Positions 12,877 to 25,439 of a stretch of 64,000 nucleotides of DNA are shown here, piece by piece. Every line of letters begins with the position of its first letter. The stretch's first letter is position 1. Source of the stretch: Catajapyx aquilonaris (taxonomy: Eukaryota); the NCBI GenBank assembly GCA_000934665.2, contig KZ538102.1, positions 1 to 64,000 on the forward strand. Reading direction: 5' to 3'. The translations under genes were made by a program, and so were the position numbers. The notes under the pieces were generated by a model that saw only the letters and a program-made list of their open reading frames with translations, was not told where the DNA came from and ran no database searches.

Positions 12877-13971
12877 TGTAAGTATAGCTCTCTTGTCCGT
12901 ATCTTCAGAGTACGTGCAAGTTGAACAGAAGCGAATCTCATTGCCTAGATCTGGTACTGAAGGGGTTAATGGAAAGTTTCAGGTTGATGACCATCGGGTT
13001 CTGAGGGCTCCTTTCCCTTCTCTTGGTAAGGACTGCAGTACATGTTGGGTATTTAACAACGGTTAGAGTACTTCCGGGAGTGCCTGGATCAACAATACGG
13101 GTACTGTATATGAGGATTCGGCCGCCAAAAGCGCTATCTTCACCGAACCCTATTCTGAGAAAATGCCAATTTTGTAGATTCGATTTGTATGGCTGTAAAT
13201 GCGATTTCCAGATTTCCTCTTGTTATGGCTCCCAAAAAAATCATTTTGATCTGGCTCTTTGGCCCATTAGGTGCACCTTTACATGAAGATTTTAATGGTG
13301 GTGTTAAATAAAAAAACGACAAAAATCGATGATAGACGCTTTTGGCAGCTTCCTCCTCATATATTGATAGAATCGGCCACAAGCCACCACGAAAAACAAA
13401 TCCAATGTGTAGTCCTGTAGGAAACTTATAAACACTGCCAATCTACCTCTAAATATCTATATCTATGATCATTTAGTCCCCACCCAAGTCTACACCCTTT
13501 ATATTCCCCACTAGGAAAATCCTCGCTCCGCTCGCCTTTTCCTAGGGCGCAGGCCGAGAAAACCACTCGCTTCGCTCGCTGTTTTCTAGGCCTGCGGTGT
13601 AGGCCATGTTCTTAATGATGCTCACCCAACAATTATCCTCATCATACTCCCCTTCCCCCGACCTCCCCCCTCCTTATATTAAATCTTTGACGGCTAAGTA
13701 AATCATAATGTTACGATGTACTGATGGTTTGTGAATTTAGCCCTCGAGGATGTGCATAGAGAAGGCGAACTTTTCAGTGCCAAACCCTGTTCAATATGCT
13801 CCTGCCATCTCTTGGATTGTGACTCAACTACCATGGCAATTCCAGATCCCCTCCCCCCTGTTCCCGCCAAGTCGAGTCGTATATGCCAAGGTCACGTTGC
13901 TCCCACGTGATCGCTTATGTAAACATGTTCCCTCAGTACAGGGTGCTCCGTAAAGTGTGGACTCTTGGGAG

Positions 13972-14317
13972 GGTTTTTGTTAAAGTTACCCCGTGATAAG
14001 GCAGAGCCTTCTTAGGGGGGTGGAATACCACCATTTCACTCCATTTTTCTAGATTTTAACTTCAATATCCGATGCAAGGAGTCAAGGATGTAGGGGAGGG
14101 GTAGGGATTTTTGGGGAGGAAACATAGGTGCAAGTGCAAGATCTGTAAAGGCGTCATGTTCTGTTCCCCAGGAGGTAAGGTTGCCAGACACCTCCTTGGT
14201 GCAGGTCAGAAACCCTCCTGACGCAGGTGAAAGGAAAGTTCCCCAGGCGGGGATCGAACCTGGGGCCTTTCACTCAGCAAGCCGAGACGTTACCATCTCG
14301 GCCATCTACACCTCCCC
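13972..14317 (-). mobile_element. tRNA-derived SINE
   Basis: Reverse complement ggaggtgtagatggccgagatggtaacg...ggttcgatcccc; TSD gactcttgggag/gacccttgggag. Confidence 0.8.
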
Positions 14318-14769
14318 GACCCTTGGGAGTTTATCATAGCACAGCGTTGTGGTAATATTATGTAACTATAAGAACAATGTACCATAGTCACTGAGTAAAC
14401 ATGTGAGGCCTATCGACTTTCTGAGAGCCGGACGATTCTAAAAAAGTTTATTTTGCTGGACACCCTGTATATGAATTTTTCTCCGCCATTTTACAATCAA
14501 AAGGACCACCACGAATTTAAATGATTATTTTTGGCTCAAAGTTGTTATTCATTAATATCACTCCTACATCGAATTTTGAACAAAAAGAAGGAAAGAAACG
14601 GCCCAGAAACGTGCCGAAAACTTGTGAAAGGGTTAAGGGTGCGCAATTTGAAAATACAGTTCCCATCTGTGGTTCCAATGATGCATGTGATTCAAGGTGG
14701 CGAACCGAGCCTACCCAGTGTTTATACAACAATACAGCTGGGCGACCCTACAGTCTGTACACATAGGTA

Positions 14770-15162
14770 CACTGTACTCCCGATTATTATCCAAGCTAAT
14801 GACTGCACGGGTGTTGCCAGATAATTGGGAAACTCGGACAATCGGAGAATGATCCTGGAAAGGGAGCTATTCACAGGTTGTTGATGTACTCGGATGTACT
14901 ACTGTACAAAGAGTGTGCTGCTTTGGTTAATCCAAAAAATAAAACTTACCTTAGATTTTTACTTTGCCTTCTAGAGAAAGTATGGCATATATTTTTTCGT
15001 TGGTGAGACATTGATATTGGGTGGAATTTCCTTACCACTGCTAAGTTATCAGTAAGCACTATCTAGCAGTGGGACAAAAATTCGAGACATTTTTTCGGAC
15101 GTAAATGTTTATATTATGGCGATGCACGTATTATCCGCACCCTGATAATCGGGAGTACAGTG
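14770..15162. mobile_element. MITE with TA TSD
   Basis: TIR cactgtactcccgattat / ataatcgggagtacagtg. Confidence 0.75.
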
Positions 15163-15481
15163 TAATTGGATTCTATTGTTGGTTGCCAGTTGTGCCAACT
15201 CAATAACCTGACTGTATATAAACAACCTGCCAGTTGGCACCGTCACTATGGAAGACCAACAATATAGTACGTTCCAGGCTAATCATTCGAACGCGTGATA
15301 TTTGTAACCCGGCTTCTTACGTTCGATTCTACGCATTCGACGGTAGCCAGGTTCCGACACTGGACCGAAAGAAGTGCCTCGAAGACAGTGCACTGTACTT
15401 CCCATCTGTGAAAGCACCGCGCATGGGTAGGCCTACGCGCGCACATCCAAAGCAGTCCGATCAGTAGGCCTAATGGTAAGG

Positions 15482-15510
15482 NNNNNNNNNNNNNNNNNNN
15501 NNNNNNNNNN
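15482..15510. other. Assembly gap (N run)
   Basis: 29 N bases. Confidence 1.
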
Positions 15511-15817
15511 GGGGGGGGGGGCAGGCAGACTGGGTGGGGAAGGGGTAAAGGTCCGGCAGGGGGACGACGACCGAGGCGGGAGAGACGAAAAAAAGTGACC
15601 TTCTCCCAAGGAGGTCAGTAGGCAACTGGACGTGTTCCACCCCCATTGCGCATGCTCGGAACGGGAGCCAATCGGAGGCGTCGTGGTAACAGAGTGCGTC
15701 ATGGATACGACGCAGCAACAATGGACGGGGGCCAATAGGAACAGGTGGCGGCAACAATACGGGGACGGACCAATCAGAGGGCTTATACATAGTCCGCAAG
15801 GATTTTAATATTATAGA
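15511..15817 (-). mobile_element. Helitron-like 5' end, related to the element ending at ~48206
   Basis: Reverse complement begins tctataatattaaaatcc; shares acaatggacgggg.ccaataggaa with ~48109-48133. Confidence 0.5.
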
Positions 15818-15950
15818 TTACAGGAATAATCGCCTTTATAAGTTGATTTTTATCAATTAACCGGCAAAACAAAATCGCCCTAAATTCATGACATACGGTA
15901 CTATTTCTATAGTATAGAAAGATGCGCAATTGAATACTTCTTACTTGTAG

Positions 15951-18690
15951 GTGCATCATTTATTCCCCCCATATTCAATACCATTAAGCCCTGGTTGAAT
16001 TCATCAGTCGCCAAAATTATCAATATTTACAGTTCAGACAGAAGCAAGTGGGTCCCTGCGCTATTGGAGGAAATAGACCAGAGCCAGTTGCCTAAACACT
16101 GGGGAGGAACAATGGTCGATCCAGATGGAGACCCCCGATGCCCATCTAAGGTTACTCTTAACGCGACTGACACTTTTTTACACGCTTTATATTAGCTTCA
16201 CGTTGTCTGTGAGTGTGTGTGTCCACCCCTCTCTTCGCCATTGCCCCACCATCTATCGGTAGTTATTAACGTTAGGGGTGATTTCGCGCCTTCCTACACC
16301 ATCTAGCGGTTCGTATTCACAATAGGTAGTCACGTGATTGGCTGTGTTCGCTACCTCCCTACCGTCTGGCGGTAGTAGTCACATGATGGGTGAATTTGCA
16401 ACTTCCATACCTACTAGCGGTAGTAGTCACGTGATTGCCTGTGTTCGCTACCTCCCTACCGTCTGGCGGTAGTAGTCACATGATGGGTGAATTTGCAACT
16501 TCCATACCTACTAGCGGTAGTAGTCACGTGATTGCCAGTGTTCGCTACCTCCCTACCGTCTGGCGGTAGTAGTCACATAATGGGTGAATTTGCAACTTCC
16601 ATACATACTAGCGGTAGTAGTCACGTGAGTCGGTCCCTTGCCCCACCATCTCAGATACTTCCGTCAGCTACTTCCCCCCTCTCCGCCACTTCTTGCTTTC
16701 CACCCCATTGGTGGGGAGGTTCGCTCCCCACACCATCTTGTGGTTGGTATTCGCATTAGGGGGTCACTTCGCAACTTCAACGCCAGATGGCGGAAGTAGT
16801 CAAGTGAGGTTGTCACATCGCTACACATCTCCGTCGCTACTTCCTCCACATCATGCTCCACATCATCGGGAGGTATAGTCACGTGATTTGCTGTGTTCCC
16901 TACCTCCCTACTCACATGATGGGTGAATTAGCAACTTCCATACCTACTAGCGGTAGTATGTAGTCACGTGAGTCGGTCTGTTAGCAATCTCCACGCCAGT
17001 CACCGGAGTTACTGGCTCTCAGTAACCAGTTCGCTTCCTCCAAACCACAGGGCGGGAGTAAATACTCCACACTGTTTTTTAGTGACAAAGTGAAAATATT
17101 ACAAATCACAGCCTGGCACCACATTCAACTAACTCCCCATGTACTATACATCTGTCATTCCTTCCACTTTATCACTAAAAACCAGTTAAAATAAAAATAA
17201 ATAAAAAGCCTTTTTAAGAACACGCTTTATATTTCCAAGTGCACTAAAAAGTAGAAAATAATTTTTCTTCCTCAATCTTCAGCTTTCTCTTTTACCTTGA
17301 ACTGAACAGAAGATTCATGACTTTCTTTCCGTGGAATTCAGCTACTGCAGTATTGTCTTGCTTTACTTATATTCTTATACGGCCTACATGACAAAAAATA
17401 AAGCGTGGGCACTAAATGACACATAATCGACTTCCATGGCATGAAATATAACCATGTACAGTATTAAAATTTTAGTGCCCACGCTTTATTTTTCGTCATG
17501 TAGGCCGTATAAGAATATAAGTAAAGCAAGACAATACTGCAGTAGCTGAATTCCACGGAAAGAAAGTCATGAATCTTCTGTTCAGTTCAAGGTAAAAGAG
17601 AAAGCTGAAGATTGAGGAAGAAAAATTATTTTCTACTTTTTAGTGCACTTGGAAATATAAAGCGTGTTCTTAAAAAGGTTTTTCATTTATTTTTATTTAA
17701 AAATATATTTCCTGTAATACCTCTACTCTTGTGCCAGGTGTGTGTCCACTGTGAATTTCCAAAGTCGGTCTACATGAAAAGTGTAGATGCCACAGCAAAG
17801 AAAAAGTTGAAGAAGGCCTTTGTAGACATGTGAGATATTCCAACTGGATGTTCATGTACCAGTAGATGGATCCATATTGAGGTACACTGAAGGAAGTTAC
17901 TGTAAAGGACATGGGTTAACTCCTTATGTAAAAGTTGTACAGTTGGATTTTGCTCAAACTTGGTCAGTTGATAAAGCTCGACCCCAGGGTCAATTGTTCT
18001 GAAGGACGAAGAAAATCTACCGTGCCGTTTGGCCGCTAAAGGCGCTCAAAATTCAATTTTCAATGTTGTCAAATCTTGGTGAAATTAACACATATTGTAG
18101 AGTTCGATGAGCTGATTCAAATGCGCTATGGGACCATTTTCTCTGACAAACCATTTGGTCGTTATAGTTAGTTGCAGAGCTGTACAGTGTGTAGGTTTTA
18201 CAGCAATATAAGTTGATCTACAATAGCCTCGACATAAAAGTGTATCGCATCAGGCTACATGCAAAATAATGGTCCTTATTTGGTACCCTGACAGTTGATG
18301 AATACATACACATGTCTCCTTTTTTTGGACTCTTTGACTTCATCATTGTAGGTGGATGTTCTACACGGATGGATTCGACATCGATTTCAAAATCCACTAT
18401 GAAGATGTCAATGGAACACATGAAATTGTCAGCCTTCTTCGTGAGTCGTGTTATTTCACCATGGTTGAAGGAGAAACCACCACTTTGAAATCGGGGAAAT
18501 GTAAGAACAAAGTCACTTATTGGAACACATCGAATGGGATGTCAATCATTTCTAACACTAATTTCCCCTAATTACTGTTGCAGATGTAGTAGCATTCGAC
18601 AACAGCTACTACAAACTGAAGGGCAAAACCATATCATATTCCATATCTGTAACTGCACCAAACCATTAGTGATTCTCCAGAGACCAGTTT
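15951..18690 (+). pseudogene. SEC14-like copy A: last four exons only, frameshifted
   Basis: Exons nearly identical to copy B (PKHWGGTMVDPDGDPRCPSK, WMFYTDG, FDNSYYKL); 2-bp deletion (gacatgtga vs gacatatgtgag) gives a stop at 17831-17833; two intronic insertions absent from B. Confidence 0.8.
16180..17700. mobile_element. Helentron/DINE-like insertion with 97-bp tandem repeats and a terminal foldback
   Basis: Inserted in a T-run (empty site in copy B); subterminal IR acacgcttt/aaagcgtgt; (gt)n near the 5' end; repeat units start at 16326, 16423, 16520, 16617. Confidence 0.6.
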
Positions 18691-19137
18691 GAAAGATCGT
18701 GGTACTGTATAAGTTTTAAGAACGTTCATAAGGACAAATAAAATTAAGAACTAAAGTAGCATCAAAATCTGATGTTGTATTCTTGTATATTTCTTCCGTA
18801 ATATTGATTGTTGGTGGTAGTACACCTAATGTTGGCCAGGATAAATGCTGTTGCCTACTGTCAGCAACAGAAACTCTGTTCGAAGGGGAGGCCACGACTT
18901 TAAAAATTGGACGCCATTATCTTCAAGGTAATTACTAAAATCATAAATATTGAACTTTCATGGACTCATCATATTGCGCGACGCAATCTACATGGATGCC
19001 ATCATGTGGAGCCAAATATCAATGCAACAAGTGCAGGCATATGTATACACATTATCAGTGTGCCCTTGTCTGGCCCTTTCCTTTCAGTTGATAACGAAGT
19101 ATCGCCTGATGAACATTATTTATCTTGTGCCTAAGTA

Positions 19138-21409
19138 ATGGGTGATGTTAAACTGATCGATGAACAGGATATTGCTTTTGCTAAGGTAGGTTTTGCGGAA
19201 TTTTATACAGGGGTGAATTTTGAAACCAAACATCATTCACAAAAAGGAGGCTTCAGCATTTGATGCTGAATGTTAGTTGTTTAATGTTGTAGTGTTAGAA
19301 TTTTGCTTAATGTCTGAAAAATTGTGTTTCAGTTTCGAGAGCTTGCTTCGGATTATATTCAACCACACCATGAAGACTACTATCTGCTGAAATGGCTGAC
19401 AGGTATCATAATACTGTACATGGAGACCTTATAATTATGTGAAAACGATTCGAATCACATTTTGGTCGACAATGAGTAAAGCAATACGTCATGTAGCTCA
19501 TTCCATTTTCTGACCTATATTTTTATCAGATACACTGCCCTTGAGATAATAATTATCTCGAATCCAGGCAAATTTGACGTCGATTGTTTTGCATTTCAAG
19601 GTCTTCATTTGCTTATAAATTTTTGCTTATTGTGGTTTTTTTCAACTTTCATGTGCTTTTTCATAGAAAAATGCTTCGATCCCCAAAAGGCAGCTGATAT
19701 GTTTTGTGAGGTTTGTGCAATTCAACTGTATCGTTCAACCATTGGCATTTAATATGGCCTTCTTTGGGTGGCCTGCTTACTAAACTGATCTTTCAGTCTA
19801 TGAAATGGCGAATAAAACATGGCATTGACGATATCGTGGAAACTTGGAAGCCACCCATGTCATACGGGATATTCAGCAATCGAGGAATAGTTGGACATAA
19901 CAAATTCGGATCATCAGGTACAGTATTATGTACAGTACCTTTCAATATGGAACCTGTGTGTATAACTAAAATATATTTATTTTTACATCTTTCCTGCAGT
20001 GTTACTATTCCCCGCCGGTCGATGGGACCTCAAAGGGATGCTCTCCTCGGGTCCCATTGAAGACATCGTCATGAACTTGGTGTACCATCTAGAGAAAGGA
20101 GCATTGGAGGAGAAGATGAAGAAGAAGAAATTTGGCAACGTTTCCTCAAAGCAAACTGTAATTGTTGACTTTGAAGGCCTTGATTACACTGTCGCTATTT
20201 GGAAAACTGGTAAACTGGTACTAACTTCTGTCAAAATATTTTTGTCATACTTGGAGACATTTCATATTTAAAGGCTTGCACAGTTTATGGTGTAACCAGC
20301 AAACTACAAAGTTGGTGCTCACCATGTAAGTACTTAAAATGCTGGAATTAATTTTTTGCAGCTTGGGAATTGGTTGCCCTTATTACCATTACATTTGGTT
20401 CCAATTACCCGCAGTCAATCAACTCGATGTTCGTTATTAATGGTAAGTATTAAGTTTTTGAAGCGAATATTCACATTCCTGTCATGAGAAATTACATTCC
20501 TAAGCTAATTTTATGAACCTACAAAATGAAATCGACATAAATCTATTATTGATACACTATCGAAATATAATGATGAATAATTGAACGAGTCTCTTACTTG
20601 CAGCGGCAGCATTCATTCCACCCATTTTCAATACCATTCTGCCCTGGTTGAATTCGTCAATTGTCAAAATTATCAAGATTTACAGTTCAGACAGAAGCAA
20701 GTGGGTCCCTGCTTTATTGGCTGAAATAGACCCAAGCCAGTTGCCCAAACACTGGGGAGGAACAATGGTCGATCCAGATGGAGACCCCCGATGCCCATCT
20801 AAGGTTACTCTTTAACGCGACTGACACTTTTTTTAAATATATTTCCTGTAATACCATTAGCTCTACTCTTGTGCCAGGTGTGTGTCCACTATGTATTTCC
20901 AAAATCGGTATACATGAAAAGCGTAGATGCCACAGCAAAGAAAAAGTTGAAGAAGGCCTTCGTAGACATATGTGAGATATTCCAACTGGATGTTCATGTA
21001 CCTGTAGATGGCTCCATATTGAGGTACACTGAAGGAAGTTACATGTCTCCCTTTTTTGGACTATTTGGCTTCATCATTGTAGGTGGATGTTCTACACGGA
21101 TGGATTCGACATCGATTTCAAAATCCACTATGAAGATGTCGATGGAACACATGAAATCGTCACCCTTCTTCGTGAGTCGTGTTATTTCAGCATGGTTGAA
21201 GGAGAAACCACCACTTTGAAATCGGGGAAATGTAAGAACAAAGTCACTTATTGGAACACATCGAATGGGATGTCAATCATTTCTAACACTAATTTCCCCT
21301 AATTACTGTTGCAGATGTAGTAACATTCGACAACAGCTACTACAAACTGAAGGGCAAAAACGTATCTTATTCGATATCTGTAATTTCCACCAAACCATTA
21401 GTGACTTAG
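19138..21409 (+). CDS. SEC14-like CRAL-TRIO+GOLD lipid-binding protein, copy B (10 coding exons)
   Basis: MGDVKL..., YYLLKWL, GRWDLKG, DFEG, NYPQ, PKHWGG...CPSK, WMFYTDG, FDNSYYKL; GT-AG introns in consistent phase. Confidence 0.88.
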
Positions 21410-22428
21410 TTCTAGAGATCAGTCTACTATTGTAGATTATTTCTCAGGTGGGTATAGGTGTAAAATAGTTGATCTTTATGGTATTTTTGCGTTTAATTGA
21501 TATCAATAGTGTAGGGAATACGTATGTTGTTGGTGCCACGAGAGTGAACATTCACCTCAACATTTTTCAATACTTTTGTTCTGAATAAACATGCATTATG
21601 CTGAACACATTCTTCTGGTTGTGAATAGTATTCCATCCTGTAAGTGTATTTGAGTCGTCATTGTAGAAGGCAAGTGTTTCTAGTACATATTTTTCCAAAC
21701 AATATTGTTTAGGTTTCTCACTTACCTCTCGTTGTTTTATTACGAAGATCTTACTGTTATGTACTGTACAATAGCTTTCATAATAACAAATAAAAATGAC
21801 TGACGTAGCATCAAATGCTGATGTTGTATATATCTATAATGTGCAACATTTTGCATGATTGTTGTAATTCCTTTCTTAATATTGATTGTTAGTGGCAATA
21901 CATCTAACATTATCCAGGGTAAATTCTCTATGCGTGTACAAGTGTCTATAATATGCACGTAAATCATCTACTATCAGCAGAGACCGTGCTACAGCAGAGT
22001 TGCCAACTCCATAAACGTCAGCAAAATATTTGCTGAAAGTTATCTAAAGAATTGTGTTATTGAGTGAGCTGATTGCAAAATTTCACTTACATTCAAGCCA
22101 TAGAAAGAATAAATTGCAATTTTCAGAAGCTATTGCGTATACTTGTGTTACAACCAGTCTTGCACATTACGACTATTGGTTGAGGATTCTCCCTGTAATC
22201 AAGCTTAAAAAATTGGAATCCTTGAGCCTTTCCGCCTGATGAAACGCAATAGTACTGCAGTTGCTGCAAAAGGAATTAAAACATCAACTGGAATAATTGC
22301 ATCAGTGAATTAATTATTATATTCTCATGGGTTCTGTTAGTGTATGGAGGTGTGTTGTGCTTCCCAATCATTCAGTTTAGGCTGATGTTTTATCGTCATC
22401 GGTGCCTTTGTATTTCCCAGCTGAAGTT

Positions 22429-24657
22429 ATGTCGATTCTTAATTTGACGGATGAAGAGAAAAATGCTTTTCACAAGGTAGGCTTTAGAACATGAGCAATA
22501 ACGTGTATGTTGCATAAGAACATATTTTAGGTAGTAATCTCACAGTATCTATAATATTATTGTGAATATCAAGTGTTGAAAGATTCATATTTCTCATATT
22601 TTTTCCAGTTTCGAGAGATTGCTTCAGAATACATACAACCACACCATAATGACCATTACTTGCTGAAGTGGCTTAGAGGTACCATAATAATATTATTATT
22701 ATGATAATCATGTTATGTCGAGATCATTTTTATTGCAATATTTTAATATGGTCATTTGCCTTATTCGTTTTGTTTTTATAGAAAAACACTTTGATCCTAA
22801 AAAAGCAGCTGATATGTTTTGCGAGGTCAGTGCATTATGACGATATTTTATAGAATTTTATAGAATAATAATAATATTCATAGTTGTTATAACAATGTGA
22901 TATTAATATTGTTTGCAATGTATCAATAACATCTGACAAATCATTTTCAACTATTAATAAAATAAATATGTGAATATTACAGTCTATGAAATGGAGAATC
23001 ACACATGGAATTGATCACATCGTGGAAATCTGGGATCCACCCAAGTTTTTCGAGATAATATCTTGTCGAGGAATCGTAGGATTTAACCAATTAGGTTCCT
23101 CAGGTAAGAAAAAAAATACACAAAATAGTTTTATTCATATCACTTGACAAACTTATCACTCGAGTTACACAGTGAGATATTAAATTTTCTTCCTATACCT
23201 TTTACGCTCATTTTGGCTCAAGAAGTCACCCAGTGCCCACAGCAGTATGTATAAGAAACACTCTTTATTTTGCATATAGTGTTGTTATTCCCAGTGGGCC
23301 GATGGGACATAAAAGGCATGTTGTTGTCGATTACAATAGAAGATATCGCCTTGAACTTGGTGTACCTTATTGAGAAAAGCCGGCTGAAAGTAGAGCAAGA
23401 AAGCAAACCATCTGGCGACATTTTGGAGTCAAAAGAAACTATAATTCTGGATTTTGAAGGCATAGATTACACTGTGGCCATGTGGAAAACTGGTATGAAG
23501 TTTTGTATGGGATTATTGATTTTAAAAAAATAACTCTAGTTGCAGATCCAATGTCAATGCTAAAAATATTATGTACGTATGTGATCAAAAACTGTCATTT
23601 TTTCCAGCTTGGAAATTGGTTGCACGACTCACCATTGTTCTTGGTTCCCATTACCCCCAATCTTTTACCTCTGTGTTTGTTATTAACGGTAAGCATCAGC
23701 ATTGAAACGCACATTTTATTGTCCCAATTTGGAAAAATATTATATATTATTATTATATATGACGATGATATTATAACATATGACGATGATATTATAACAT
23801 ATGACGATGATATTATAATATATGCCGATGATATGATGATATTATAATTATACATAAACGTCATATTGGATGTGATTACTGACTAATGTATCATATACTT
23901 GCAGCTGCAGGATTCATTCCCCCTATATTCAACATGATTAAGCACATGATGAATGAATCAATCTGCAAAATTATCAAGATTTACCGTTCAGACAGAAGCA
24001 AGTGGGTCCCTGCTTTATTGGATGAAATAGACCCAAGCCAGTTGCCCAAACACTGGGGAGGAACAATGGTAGATTCTGATGGTGACCCCCAATGCCCATC
24101 TAAGGTGAATCCTTCGTATTTGTAAAAATACCTGTGACGTCAGTTGTTTTTGTAACTTAGGTGTGTACTAATATGGAATTTCCAAAATCTGTGTACATGA
24201 AAAGCGTCACTGCATCTACAAAAAATATGACGATGAAGACAGCCTTTGTAGATGTGGGTGAAACTGTTCGATTGGACGTAGAAGTGAAGATTGATGACTC
24301 CAAATTAAGGTAAATATTGAGGTATTTTGTAGACATTGTCGATCTTATAAGTGTGTCGTCATAGATGGATGTTCTACACCGATGGAGTCGACATCAACTT
24401 TTTTATTCACCGTCAAGGTGTCAATGGGCTAGATGAAATTGTCAACCTTCGGCGAGAGCGATGTTACTTCACTCTGGTCGAAGGAGAGACCACCACATTG
24501 AAATCGGGGAAATGTACGTAGTCTCAAGTATAATAATACGCAATGATTAATAGTCCAAAACATTGTTACAGATGTAGTAACTTTCGACAACAGCTACTAC
24601 AGATTGAAGGGAAAGACCGTATCTTACTCAATATCTGTAATTCCACCAGGATGTTAG
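22429..24657 (+). CDS. SEC14-like protein, copy C (10 exons)
   Basis: Same motifs and intron phases; frame intact. Confidence 0.88.
23757..23848. repeat. Intronic 21-bp minisatellite (atatgacgatgatattataac), ~4 copies
   Basis: Direct tandem units visible. Confidence 0.85.
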
Positions 24658-25439
24658 GCCCAGTTAGGCCGTATACTTTCCAGTCCATTGTAATGCGATA
24701 CTGCACATAACACTAGACAACAAAATTGAAATATTTTCTGGCACATGGACTTGAATGTGAGATGCATATTGTATTTTTTGCGCTGATTTCAGAAATGCTA
24801 ACCAATATTTTCTATCACCCACAGTTTTTCAGTAATCATTTTACTGTAGCAAAGATTTTCCTTCAATGAAATAATTTGTGAGTAAGTAATGACTAATAGG
24901 GCCCAGTATGGATTAGTAGTTATGATTCCCCCATTGTAGATATACCAAAATCCTCATACGGAATAATGTTTACAAAAAATATGCATAAGGTGACAATGAG
25001 CCATGTTCAATAATTTATTCTAGAAAACAAGGTATACACTTGTTACAAGAAAATGGATGCTGATATTAAAATTCTATCTTCATATTCACAATCATCGCCT
25101 AGTAATACGTGAGAAACACCCAAAATGGTGCCTTAATCAAAACCCAATGTTGCCCAAAAAATTAATCATATTGAGCTATGCATGGGAGAGTAATGCCTCT
25201 GTTACAAGAAAATGGATACCAGAAAGCAGCACCCTGTACAGTCAGTTCATATTTTATAGCTATATACTCAATATAAGAAAATAGTTTTTGTTAACTTGCT
25301 TGGCATTGGTTTTAAAATATCCGCCACTACGTCAGATTTACGCAACTTGCATCGGATAGGCCTGTTTCTTCCAAGGTTGTATGTTGTAATTATTCTCCAA
25401 CTATCATGCGCAAACATTTATTATGGCATGATTGAGAAA

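Larger units (their letters stand above)
10412..12965. mobile_element. Foldback non-autonomous element with TTAA flanks (piggyBac-like), interrupted by nested inserts
   Basis: ttaa-ccactttggtaccagatc... / ...gatctggtactgaagggg-ttaa; arms complementary over hundreds of bp, centre ~10750-10790. Confidence 0.75.

Noticed and set aside
1951..14317. tRNA genes at ~1951, ~6430, ~12565 and ~14315
   Set aside because: tRNA-like heads continue into a body and tail with TSDs, so these are SINEs
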